The position numbers were made by a program, and so were the translations under genes. From Eledone cirrhosa (taxonomy: Eukaryota): a stretch of DNA of 64,000 nucleotides. Below the pieces are notes generated by a model that saw nothing but the letters and a program-made list of their open reading frames with translations, did no database searches and was not told where the DNA came from. Below are positions 13,708-25,624 of the stretch, one piece after another. How positions within the stretch are numbered: position 1 is the first letter of the stretch; the number at the start of each line of letters is the position of its first letter. The DNA is taken from the NCBI GenBank assembly GCA_964016885.1, contig OZ024745.1, forward strand, positions 27,218,001 to 27,282,000, in the 5' to 3' direction.

Positions 13708-13740
<33 letters not shown>

Positions 13741-14852
13741 CTTACACATACACACGAGCTGCTGACCAAATAATTTTTGTACAAGTTGAAAACATGTATG
13801 TATATATATATAAATCTATATATACATATGTACACCCCCAGATGTATATATTGAGAGAGTGTGAAAGACATACACCATTTATGTATATATGTATGTATAC
13901 ACACACATATCACAGAACATTATGTTTATATATATATAGAGAGAGAGTATAATATACATATACATGCAGCACAGAATTATTTACTCGCAAGAAGCTAAAG
14001 TATTCCACCGACAGTTGTCATCGATTACATATCAGCAGGCAGAACTAGTGTAAAAGTTCTTTAATAAAGTTGACATACGTACTTATATAATTATTTACAT
14101 ATAGACACATACGCATTCATAAGGCCACCAACTTTGCTGATTCTGAGCGTCAGGTGTAAATTCCATTATTATGTGACGCAATGATCTTTAATTTTACAAT
14201 AATTCTTTTAACACCGAATATGTTTTTATACTTTAGCGGGGTCAAACTTATTGAGGTGTTACAGAGGGGGTATGGAGCCCCTCCCACTCTAAATGGGTTA
14301 AGAACTACTGCTTTGTATTGCATTATATACATGAAATGAGATTGGCGTAAAAACAGGATGTTTCAATGTTTAAACGAGAGTCGGTGATGTAAGTAAACAA
14401 ACAAGGAAGTACACTAACAGTAAAAGATGTAAGCTGTTTCTATTTCCGATCATGTTACATAATCATGTTCATTATATTATCATTAATGGAAAGGAAAGTG
14501 TAGGTGTAGGTGTAGCTTTAGTGAACAGTAAAAATTACCTGGAATAATCTTAAGTCGATCAGCTGTAAAATATCGGATAACAAAATATTATATAAGGTTA
14601 ATTGTCGGTGTAAGACCAAAATAGACTGCTGTGTAAATAGTTCCGTCAAGCTTATAATCGATAATTATTGATCTCTTTCTTAAGTGCATGACAATGCGTT
14701 TACATATGATAGGGAAGGTGAACTTGAAGCGGTGGCGTTCATACCTTTATCTTGAGTGTTGTCGCCGTTAGACAAGTATATTGAGAACCGGTTCAACGGG
14801 AGCTAACTTTAAACTGCGTACTTTGGTGCTGTTTGTTGTTGTTATCAGAATA

Positions 14853-15033
14853 TAATTATTTCTACTATTGGCACAAGGCCAGAAAATTACCCAGTACATT
14901 ACTGGTACTTTATTTTATCGACCCCGTAAGGATGAAAGGCAAAGTTAACCTCGGCGGGATTTGAACTCAGAATGGCAAGGGCCGTAACTCTATGCGTCAA
15001 AGCATGGCGTCCGAACCTCTACCGATACTGCCA
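14853..15033 (-). mobile_element. SINE family B
   Basis: Family B consensus match. Confidence 0.8.
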
Positions 15034-15250
15034 CGAACAGATATGTAGCACGAGGTAGAATCAGTGGCGTGTGTGGGTGTAGTGATGCTCGGGGATTAAC
15101 TCCTTGGTTGTATACCCCTAAATTGCAATTATTGAGAAATGTGAGCAAGGAAGGCATTTTAAATAAACACTTCAAACTGATTTAAAATTATCCTCATAAG
15201 TTTTGTCCGAACATAAGCATCGAATTTCACGTTAATACATTTCTCAGTTT

Positions 15251-15734
15251 TTTTAGGAAGAGTCATTAAAGTCCCACCTTCCATTTAGGAGCTCTGTTTC
15301 CAGAGTTAGAATACCAGCAACCGAGAGTAATTTCACTTTGATGAAATTGAAGAAGCAAGCCCCCACCCTTTCTTATATATATATATATAACTTGTGGATA
15401 GTGCAGTTTTAAATCAACATATCTGTTGATTTAAAACTGCACTATCCACAAGTGTTTTTTAGCCTTCATATCATGTCCTCCTGTTTTATCTGATGAAAAC
15501 ACAAATATTATTGCATGATGATGTTTGTTTTTGAAATGCGCATAATAAAATACATGGAACTCCTTTAACCATCTTCTGTTCTTATATATTATATATATAT
15601 ATATATATATAAGAAAGGGTGGGGGCTTGCTTCTTCAATTTCATCAAAGTGAAATTACTCTCGGTTGCTGGTATTCTAACTCTGGAAACAGAGCTCCTAA
15701 ATGGAAGGTGCGACTTTAATGACTCTTCCTAAAA
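15251..15734. repeat. Nested inverted repeats: ~128-bp outer arms (15251-15378 / 15607-15734) and an inner palindrome (15390-15453)
   Basis: Outer arms differ by about one base. Inner element acttgtggatagtgcagttttaaatcaaca tatc tgttgatttaaaactgcactatccacaagt. Confidence 0.9.
15483..15551 (+). ncRNA. Type I hammerhead ribozyme, canonical core
   Basis: gttttat-CTGATGA-long stem II (caaatattatt gcat gatgatgtttg)-GAAA T GCGC ATA-ataaaat. Palindromic stem III ATGCGCAT. Predicted cut after 15544. Confidence 0.72.
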
Positions 15735-15748
15735 TATATATATATATT

Positions 15749-15806
<58 letters not shown>

Positions 15807-15842
15807 TATAAATATTAATAAAATAGATGTTCTTTTGATCAA

Positions 15843-15903
15843 TTACATTTTATTATACATATTTCGGATGTACAACAGTACGTCCTCATCAGACAAAATA
15901 TAA
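15843..15903 (-). ncRNA. Type I hammerhead ribozyme, canonical core
   Basis: Minus strand: ttatattttgt-CTGATGA-GGACGTAC tgtt GTACATCC-GAAA T ATGT ATA-ataaaatgtaa. Stem I 11 bp including GU pairs. Confidence 0.78.
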
Positions 15904-16689
15904 TGATATATGACATACCCTGAGATGTTAAATGGTTAAGATTTAATCATAATTTGATTTGACATAATCATTGAATATCGTTTAACACTTTAATATATAT
16001 ATATATATATATTGTGTTGCCGCATCCAGGTCATGGCTTCTGCTGACATTTATCCATTCAGATATCAAAGACTTGTGTATTTAAACTGTATGAAGATTGT
16101 TGACATGATTTAGCTGGAGCTCTTCTCTGTTGCCCCTGCTTTTAGTATCACAGTGGAAATAAAAAAAAACTCTCCTCTTTGACCTTGGCATACTTCTCAG
16201 TAGAAATTCCAACAACCAAAGTTTAAACTGAATTAATTCACTTGAGCCGAGTCATTTGATATCATGAATATTCATCATTCTAACTGAGATACAATTAATA
16301 ACATCTTTCACTTATTGATTAATCTATCATGCACATATCCTCACCAACATCAAATCATCTTGGTAGCTATTTGTAGATATTGTTACAAATATATGTTCAA
16401 ACCACACTATATCATGATCCATGAGCAAAACAAAGTGCAAGCTTCAGAGATATAGAAAAATCCTCATGAGAAAACTAAAAACACTTAATAAAAAAACATG
16501 AACCAATGAAATATTGCCGGGGACAACAACCTCAGTTATAAGATTGTTTGAATCTAAAAAATATAATCTTCAAAACTGTATGAAGACTATCATCAACAAC
16601 CAGAGAACAGCTGAAGTGGTTTGGACTATTGAGAACATTAAACTCAATCTCAAAGGGATTTCCTCAGGTTGTCATTTCAATCTCCCCAT

Positions 16690-17110
16690 TTTCCCTACTT
16701 TCCAACTATTTCTCCCCTTTTTCATCTTCCTCACACCCTCATCCTGCTCACAATTCACTGCTTCCTCCCTTTCCTATAACTGCTCTCCATCCTCCTTTTA
16801 CTATCACCCCATCCCCTTACTCCCCTTCCCTCCTCCTCCCCTTCATTTCCTTCCTCCCATTCCCTCGACTCACTCTTCTCATCCTCCTCCCTCTACCCAG
16901 TCTCCTCCCCCCCTCTCCTTATTCTCCTCCCTTTCCTCAGTCTCCTCACTCTGTTCACCCTCCTCACACCCCTCTCCTTACTCACCTCACCCTCCTCTCT
17001 CTTCTCACCCTCCTCTTTCTCTTCACCCTCCTCACTCTCCTCCCTCTCCAACAACAATAGAAAAAGTAATTGTGCTAATAGAAACATGTTTGCCTTCCCC
17101 CCCTCCCTCC
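16690..17110. repeat. Low-complexity polypyrimidine (CT-rich) tract
   Basis: Seen directly. It explains the Pro/Ser-rich ORFs. Confidence 0.85.
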
Positions 17111-18092
17111 TATCTCACTCAACGTTAAAACTAATGTAAGTAAAAGATTTTTAGCTCTCTTAGATAGGCACTTCCCCATAGGTCATAAATACCGCTCCAT
17201 CTTTAACAGGATATGAAGGCCCACATCACCAACAGCGTTAAGAGTAGAACCCCACCAGGGTGCTCTTGCCGAAGGCCTGAAGCTTGTCTCCTTCAACAAC
17301 ACTCTCGCTGTAATTTACGAAGCTGTGGTCACTTCTAACCGACCAAATCAACAACAAAAGGTCAAATCCTTTGTAGGTATGGCGGAGGGCCAGTTTAAAG
17401 AACGCTTCCTGAATCATCTATCGATATTCAGACAAACGATCGTTTTCGAAGCTCGCGAGCCACATATGGTCCCTCAAGGACGCAAGCGTGTATTACTCCA
17501 TTCAATGGGAAGTTATTATTAAGTCTAGGCGATACGGAAATGGGAATCCGTCTTGTGGGCTGTGCATTGAAGAAAGAATCAATATCCTGAGGAAATGGCG
17601 CAAGAACGCTTCTCTAAATTCAAGGAATAGTAATTACAAAGCTTCAGACTGACTAACATGAATAATCTATAATATTCTGTACTGAATAACATGAATAATC
17701 TATTATTATCTGAGTTTGGCAGTATCGATAGAGGGTCGGACGCCATGCTTTGACGCATAGAGTTACGGCCCTTGCCATTCTGAGTTCAAATCACGCCGAG
17801 GTTAACTCTACCTTTCATCCTTACGTGGTCGATAAAATAAAGTACCAGTAATATACTGGTAATTGCTGGCCTTGTACCAATAGTTGAAACAATTATTCTG
17901 ACTTTTCACAGTTGTCTCCCTCGCACCGAATTAATGTGGGTTACTTTCCCTTTGGCAAGTGACTTCTTCTGCACATGCGTATTCGTACAATTGCTTTTCC
18001 TTTTCTGTACAATCTCACTTAAACCGTGCTGATGATCCGACTAAGGTGAAACAATTTTTCTCAGAAATGGTGAATTAATTGTTATGGAACTA

Positions 18093-18097
<5 letters not shown>
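17095..18097 (+). mobile_element. Penelope-like element 3' remnant (RT thumb/linker, GIY-YIG endonuclease, pLTR), interrupted by a SINE B at ~17716-17897
   Basis: Peptides [50 protein letters not shown]...FVGMAEGQFKERFLNH and SCGLCIEE, followed by a degenerate hammerhead core CTGATGA(18029)...GAAAC(18048). Confidence 0.8.
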
Positions 18098-18148
<51 letters not shown>

Positions 18149-18155
18149 GAATGAT

Positions 18156-18202
<47 letters not shown>

Positions 18203-18307
18203 ATATACATATATATATATAGAATGATATTCTATCATACTCTGCTCTGTAAGTGCATAGAGTGCTCAACCGGCATACCGCCTATGGAAGCATCTTAGCT
18301 ACCATCA

Positions 18308-18427
<120 letters not shown>

Positions 18428-18494
18428 ATTCGCTTTTGGATTTGTTTTGCGAGATTTCTTATCTGAAAACGTGTGTTGAAACAGATATTGTTGA

Positions 18495-18601
18495 TCATGT
18501 TGCCAATAAAAACACACGCACCTGTCTGTAGATTTTCACTCCAATTTATTATAAATTGAAGTGAAAACCAACAGGTGCGTGTGTTTTTATTGGCAACATG
18601 A
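18495..18601. repeat. Fold-back inverted repeat
   Basis: tcatgttgccaataaaaacacacgcacctgt ... acaggtgcgtgtgtttttattggcaacatga. Confidence 0.85.
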
Positions 18602-18806
18602 CCCTCCCAAAGTATAACAATATATATGTATATATATGTGTGTGTATGTCTGTGTGTGTGTGTATGTAAGTGTAAGTGTATCGACCTAGACAAACTGGGT
18701 TTGTGTTAGTACGCCAAAATTTCTCACTGAGCTCTTACCGTTTCGACAACAAATGCTAGTCTGGAATTTGCTGTCAAAATGGCAAGAGCTCAGCCGTTGG
18801 GCGCTG

Positions 18807-18853
<47 letters not shown>

Positions 18854-19019
18854 ATACACACACACACATAAGAGTAAACAATTTGACCAAAAATACAAAC
18901 TAACAAAAGAAAATTGATTTTTAAAGGAAAAAGGAACTCCATTTGTATGAAGCACAGTATTGAGTGAGTACTAACATAATAAGCAAAACATGTTTGAACC
19001 AGATAATTTAATCTCTATA

Positions 19020-19200
19020 ATAATTGTTTCTACTTTTGGCACAAGGCCAGCAATATCCCAATGTATTACTGGTACTTTATTTTATCGATTCCGTAAGGAT
19101 GAAAGGCAAAGTTAACCTCGGCGGGATTTGAACTCAGGTCATAAAGGGTCGTAAATCTTTGCTGCAAAGCATGGCGTTCGACCCTCTACCGATACTGCCA
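19020..19200 (-). mobile_element. SINE family B flanked by a ~55-bp direct duplication
   Basis: Family B match. gagtactaacataataa...catgtttgaaccagataatttaatct occurs at ~18967 and ~19202. Confidence 0.8.
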
Positions 19201-19362
19201 AGAGTACTAACATAATAAACAAAAACATGTTTGAACCAGATAATTTAATCTTTATAATGATGACAGGGGAAACGGGCTTTAATATATATTGTTCATCGGT
19301 GTAGGCGAACCTTCAGAAATTTTAGTATCTTTATAAAATTTTGCTATTGACATTTCATTTAA

Positions 19363-19583
19363 CCCTTTAGCATTTAAGCCGGCTGTATCCGGTCAGAATT
19401 CTCTCACCTCTTTCTGTTCAAACCAGCTGTCACTGGCCCCTCATACTGATGTTATGATATTGTTCTCAAAATAAATAACAGTAAAATCTCATAGATTTGA
19501 TATTATGTAAGATATTTATATAAGATAAAGCCTTTAATGTGAAAATGCAATAGTAAATATATAATAATGTAAATGCTAAAGGG
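19363..19583. mobile_element. piggyBac-type MITE
   Basis: TTAA|CCCTTTAGCATTTA ... TAAATGCTAAAGGG|TTAA: perfect 14-bp TIRs, CCC/GGG ends and TTAA target duplication. Confidence 0.85.
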
Positions 19584-19796
19584 TTAAATGTAAAATATAA
19601 AACTATTTAGATTTCTTTGAAAATGTAGAAAACCCAAACATTGAAAATGACTACAATAACAGCCGATAGCTTAAAGAGAGAATTGGGTAAAATACTCCAA
19701 AAAGAAAAAAAAACTCTCTTGCAAGGGAAATAACTCTGTGATGTAACGAGTAGTATACCTTTTACTGCGACATAAATATAAATCTTATCAGCAGAA

Positions 19797-19837
<41 letters not shown>

Positions 19838-20157
19838 TATGTATGAATGGGCCCACGATGTTATGCGCAACGTCGTCTACACAGCGAAGAGGAAAAGGCC
19901 TAAGGTGTCGCCTAGTTTGACTCCGGGGGAGGATGAAAGAACATTATCCACGGCGAAGAGCAAACTTAGGAACCCATATGAGACATAGTCCAAGTGGTAG
20001 ACAGACGAGTTTGACTGAGGCAACTCCAAGCAAGTAGTCACTGTGCAGACAATTAAGTGTGTTTCTGCGATCAAACTTAACGATGAGATGCCTAGAATCT
20101 ATCGATACTGGCTCGAGTGGTCAGTTCTTAGTAAATTGTCTAACGGCATCTCTCACC

Positions 20158-21550
20158 CGTAGTGTAGTGTAGTGTAGTGTAATGTAGTGTAGTATAGTAT
20201 TGTGTAGTGTAGTGTAGTGTAGTATAGTGTAGTGTAGTGTAGTGTAGTGTAGTGTAGTAGTGTAATGTAATGAAGAGTATTGTAATGTAGTGTAGTGTAG
20301 TATAGTGTAGTGTAGTGTAATGTAGTGTAGTGTAGTATAGTGTAGTGTAGTGTAGTGTAGTGTAATGTAGTATAGTATTGTGTAGTGTAGTGTAGTGTAG
20401 TGTAATGTAGTGTAGTGTAGTGTAGTGTAGTGTAGTGTAATGTAGTGTAGTATAGTATTGTGTAGTGTAGTGTAGTATAGTGTAGTGTAGTGTAGTGTAG
20501 TAGTGTAATGTAATGAAGAGTATTGTAATGTAGTGTAGTGTAGTATAGTGTAGTGTAGTGTAGTGTAGTGTAGTGTAGTGTAGTGTAGTGTAATGTAGTG
20601 TAGTATAGTGTAGTGTAATGTAGTGTAGTATAGTGTAGTGTAGTGTAGTGTAGTGTAATGTAGTATAGTGTAGTGTAGTGTAGTGTAGTGTAGTGTAGTG
20701 TAGTGTAGTGTAGTGTAATGTAGTATAGTGTAGTGTAGTGTAATGTAGTGTAGTATAGTATAGTATTGTGTAGTGTAGTGTAATGTAGTGTAGTATAGTG
20801 TAGTGTAGTGTAGTGTAATGTAGTATAGTGTAGTGTAGTGTAATGTAGTGTAGTATAGTGTAGTGTAATGTAGTGTAGTGTAATGTAGTATAGTGTAGTG
20901 TAGTGTAATGTAGTGTAGTGTAATGTAGTGAAGTGTAGTGTAGTGTAATGTAATGTAATGTAGTGTAGTGTAATGTAGTGTAGTATATTGTAAAGTAGTG
21001 AAGTGCAGTGCAGTGTAGTGTAGTGTAATGTAGTGTAGTGTATTGTAATGTAGTGTAGTGTAGTGTAATGTAGTGTAGTGTAAACTAGTATAGTGCAGTG
21101 TAGTGTAGTGTAGTGAAGTGAAGTGTAGTGAAGTGTAGTGAAGTGAAGTGAAGCGTAGTGTAGTGAAGTGAAGTGAAGCGTAGTGAAGTGAAGCGTAGTG
21201 AAGTGTAGTGTAGTGTAGCGTAGTGTAGTGAAGCGTAGTGAAGTGTAGTGTAGTGTAGTGAAGTGCAGTGCAGTGTAGTGTAGTGTAATGTAGTATAGTG
21301 TATTGTAATGTAGTGTAGTGTAGTGTAATGTAGTGTAGTGTAAACTAGTGTAGTGCAGTGTAGTGTAGTGTAGTGAAGTGAAGTGTAGTGAAGTGTAGTG
21401 AAGTGAAGTGAAGCGTAGTGAAGTGAAGCGTAGTGAAGTGTAGTGTAGTGTAGTGTAGTGAAGTGAAGCGTAGTGTAGTGAAGTGAAGTGTAGTGTAGTG
21501 TAGTGTAGTGAAGTGAAGCGTAGTGAAGTGTAGTGCGGTGTAGTGTAATG
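20158..21550. repeat. (GTAGT)n pentanucleotide satellite, ~1.4 kb
   Basis: Seen directly. It drifts to GAAGT/GAAGC variants after ~21100. Confidence 0.95.
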
Positions 21551-22073
21551 TGTTATTCAATGTATTGCAACGTAATGTAGTATTAAGTACATTTGAGTAT
21601 AATAGAGTTTAGTGCAGTGTTACCTAGTGTAGTACAGTATATAGAGTAGTATTAAGTACAATTCAGCTGAGATGTAGTGTAGTATTGTGTTTAATCTGAT
21701 AACAGTTTTCTCAATTTAAACATGAAGGCCACACGATAACATGATAACAATATTCACATACTTCAAGTAGATATTATAGCAAGGCCACCAATAATCCGAT
21801 AAATCATTGACGCAGTGGACGAATTTCCTTGAGAGGATCTGATCCAGCTCACTGCACTCTGAGTTCGAATCCTGTCCGAGCCAATTTTTCCCTCGTAAAT
21901 AAATAAATAATATTTAGAAAATATACGAAACCCAACCGTAGAAAATAACTGAAAACAGAGTCGACTGCTACAAATAATAGCTTAGAAAATCAGGTAAAAT
22001 ATCCCGTGAAAAGTGGTTAGCAGCTGCTCGAAAGATCGATCTTTTTGTTATAGCAATCAACTGTGGTTAGATT

Positions 22074-22145
<72 letters not shown>

Positions 22146-22206
22146 TGCTTCTAATCTATTGTAATATTGTATTCGTTGAGTAATCAACGAACCATACTAA
22201 TCTTTG

Positions 22207-22263
<57 letters not shown>

Positions 22264-22396
22264 GTAATCTGAGTTTTTCGAATATTAATAATAATATTCA
22301 ATTCGTTTGCAATTATGCAAACAAGCCTCATTTTTAAAGCCATGTCAGTAGAATGAGCCCCCCCCCCATTCTTGCTCTTGTGTTGGCATGTAAACA

Positions 22397-22446
22397 GAAC
22401 TACAGACACTAATGTTTCTGGGTATTACCCTTCATCAGTAGAGTTC
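22397..22446 (-). ncRNA. Type I hammerhead ribozyme, canonical core
   Basis: Minus strand: gaactcta-CTGATGA-aGGGT aat ACCCa-GAAAC A ttag T GTC-tgtagttc. Stem I 8 bp with one mismatch, GUC site. Confidence 0.72.
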
Positions 22447-22498
22447 ACTGTTCACCTACCAACTGTCAGAGCTAGTGAAAATATATGATATTTTCTAA

Positions 22499-22579
<81 letters not shown>

Positions 22580-22648
22580 TATGAAGAGAGAAGAAACATT
22601 TAGATATAATTAGTAATAAAATGTATCATACCTAAACTGCTCCTAAAT

Positions 22649-22738
22649 TCCTCGACTACGTAGTTTCGTGGCATAAACAAAAACAATATATCATAAAGAC
22701 ATAGAGTCCCTGCGAGGTCTGCCGACTTATCAAGAGGA
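22649..22738 (-). ncRNA. Variant type I hammerhead (U3-A8), inverted copy
   Basis: Reverse complement of 23492-23581. Confidence 0.72.
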
Positions 22739-23491
22739 TACCTCATTTTACTAGTCTCAAGAACGCGTCTACACGACGTGAGAAAGAATCCCAAAAGGCG
22801 GAGGGGGAGATAGTCACGCGATATAACGGTCGAGAAACAGAGCTAAGCCTCCTATAACCACGAAGAAAATACCACGGAGGCGGAGGGGGTATTCATATCG
22901 AGGCCGCAGAAGAGGTGGTGAAGAAGGCTAGAAGTATGAGTAATGGAAGCTTTCCAGTTGTCCCCACACTGCAAAGATTGCTCGACCAGAGGGAGTTATT
23001 AACAATATATTTAGAAACACATATGAATACCCCCTCCGCCTCCGTGGTATTTTCTTCGTGGTTATAGGAGGCTTAGCTCTGTTTCTCGACCGTTATATCG
23101 CGTGACTATCTCCCCCTCCGCCTTTTGGGATTCATTGAGCAACATCGGTGAAGTTGGCACCCTTAACTCACAGTTGGGTGCGGATGCATTCATGTATATA
23201 TGTGTGTGTCCGCATGTATCTGTGTGTTTCTAAATATATTGTTAATAACTCCCTCTGGTCGAGCAATCTTTGAAGTGTGGGGACAACTGGAAAGCTTCCA
23301 TTACTCATACTTCTAGCCTTCTTCACCACCTCTTCTGCGGCCTCGATATGAATATCCCCTCCGCCTCCGTGGTTATAGGAGGCTTAGCTCTGTTTCTCGA
23401 CCGTTATATCGCGTGACTATCTCCCCCTCCGCCTTTTGGGATTCTTTCTCACGTCGTGTAGACGCGTTCTTGAGACTAGTAAAATGAGGTA

Positions 23492-23581
23492 TCCTCTTGA
23501 TAAGTCGGCAGACCTCGCAGGGACTCTATGTCTTTATGATATATTGTTTTTGTTTATGCCACGAAACTACGTAGTCGAGGA
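23492..23581 (+). ncRNA. Variant type I hammerhead (U3-A8), copy 1
   Basis: TCCTC-TTGATAA-GTcGGCA...TGCCAC-GAAAC TACGTA GTC-GAGGA. Predicted cut after 23576. Confidence 0.75.
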
Positions 23582-24072
23582 ATTTAGGAGCAGTTTAGGT
23601 ATGATACATTTTATTACTAATTATATCTAAATGTTTCTTCTCTCTTCATAATGTATTTTTAACTCTGATACTGGTTCAGTCTAGTTCAACTGAATTGGTC
23701 TGTCCCGGTCATTCATTGAGCAACATCGGTGAAGTTGGCACCCTTAACTCACAGTTGGGTGCGGATGCATTCATGTATATATGTGTGTCCCCGCATGTAT
23801 CTGTGTGTTTCTAAATATATTGTTAATAACCCCCTCTGGTCGAGCAATCTTTGAAGTGTGGGGACAACTGGAAAGCTTCCATTACTCATACTTCTAGCCT
23901 TCTTCACCACCTCTTCTGCGGCCTCGATATGAATATCCCCTCCGCCTCCGTGGTTATAGGAGGCTTAGCTCTGTTTCTCGACCGTTATATCGCGTGACTA
24001 TCTCCCCCTCCGCCTTTTGGGATTCTTTCTCACGTCGTGTAGACGCGTTCTTGAGACTAGTAAAATGAGGTA

Positions 24073-24162
24073 TCCTCTTGATAAGTCGGCAGACCTCGCA
24101 GGGACTCTATGTCTTTATGATATATTGTTTTTGTTTATGCCACGAAACTACGTAGTCGAGGA
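24073..24162 (+). ncRNA. Variant type I hammerhead (U3-A8), copy 2
   Basis: Same motif 581 bp downstream. Predicted cut after 24157. Confidence 0.75.
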
Positions 24163-24667
24163 ATTTAGGAGCAGTTTAGGTATGATACATTTTATTACTA
24201 ATTATATCTAAATGTTTCTTCTCTCTTCATAATGTATTTTTAACTCTGATACTGGTTCAGTCTAGTTCAACTGAATTGGTCTGTCCCGGTCATTCATTGA
24301 GCAACATCGGTGAAGTTGGCACCCTTAACTCACAGTTGGGTGCGGATGCATTCATGTATATATGTGTGTCCCCGCATGTATCTGTGTGTTTCTAAATATA
24401 TTGTTAATAACCCCCTCTGGTCGAGCAATCTTTGAAGTGTGGGGACAACTGGAAAGCTTCCATTACTCATACTTCTAGCCTTCTTCACCACCTCTTCTGC
24501 GGCCTCGATATGAATACCCCCTCCGCCTCCGTGGTATTTTCTTCGTGGTTATAGGAGGCTTAGCTCTGTTTCTCGACCGTTATATCGCGTGACTATCTCC
24601 CCCTCCGCCTTTTGGGATTCTTTCTCACGTCGTGTAGACGCGTTCTTGAGACTAGTAAAATGAGGTA

Positions 24668-24757
24668 TCCTCTTGATAAGTCGGCAGACCTCGCAGGGAC
24701 TCTATGTCTTTATGATATATTGTTTTTGTTTATGCCACGAAACTACGTAGTCGAGGA
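24668..24757 (+). ncRNA. Variant type I hammerhead (U3-A8), copy 3
   Basis: Same motif a further 595 bp downstream. Predicted cut after 24752. Confidence 0.75.
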
Positions 24758-25624
24758 ATTTAGGAGCAGTTTAGGTATGATACATTTTATTACTAATTAT
24801 ATCTAAATGTTTCTTCTCTCTTCATAATGTATTTTTAACTCTGATACTGGTTCAGTCTAGTTCAACTGAATTGGTCTGTCCCGGTCATTCATTGAGCAAC
24901 ATCGGTGAAATTGGCACCCTTAACTCACAGTTGGGTGCGGATGCATTCATGTATATATGTGTGTGTCCGCATGTATCTGTGTGTTTCTAAATATATATAT
25001 ATATATATATATATATAATCGAGATGTCTTTATTTCGATATACTTCTGCCTGTTTTATATATATAAAGAAATTAAATATGGCGACGCACATGGATAGAAT
25101 TGTAAATATGTGAGCTGGAAAAGACATACCACAATACATGTCATAATAACGAAAACAAATGCTCGGTCAAAAATCTGAGGTACATGTGCATTTTCAAGCT
25201 CATCGCCAGGTTTTGGTGCTCGGTGGAAGGGACAGGTGTAGGGAAGCTTGGGAACTTAAGTTTGCAATAAATCTAAGGTGAAGTTTCAGAACAAGTATAT
25301 ATCACCGTAAATTTGTTCTAAATCTGAGAGTGAACCCTTGAAAACGAGTGTGTGGGCGAGTGGGTATGTGTGTGTACGTGTGTACGTGTGTATGTGTGTG
25401 TGGGGGTGGGTGTATACATCACTAAAATGAAGGCGCGTGGCTTAGTGGTTAGAGCTATATCGGTCTTTGCTTTTTCCTAGGACAACATCGATGGTGTGGA
25501 GAGGGGAGACTGATATGCATGGGCAACTGTTGATCTTCCAGAAAAAAATAATAATAAAAAATAATAATAAATAGAGGAAAACTGTCTGCCCTTCCCAGCC
25601 AAAAGAAGGCTGAGGGCTGATCTT

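Larger units (their letters stand above)
22574..24992 (+). mobile_element. Hammerhead-bearing tandem array (581/595-bp units) with an inverted 5' copy; retrozyme / Penelope-pLTR-like
   Basis: Inverted arm 22574-23021, short direct piece 23021-23133, then about 3.2 near-identical tandem units. Flanked on both sides by (TA)n. Confidence 0.8.

Noticed and set aside
21808-21885. tRNA-like stretch with GAGTTCGAATCC
   Set aside because: No cloverleaf can be formed. Probably a decayed SINE head.
22790-22900. GGCGGAGGG motifs suggesting a twister ribozyme
   Set aside because: The matching UAA-CUCCGC strand and the GGUCCCAAGCCC-like loop are absent.
23436-23630. 64-aa ORF repeated four times
   Set aside because: It starts at TTG, has no recognisable motif, and its identity merely reflects the recent duplication. 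It overlaps the ribozyme fold.
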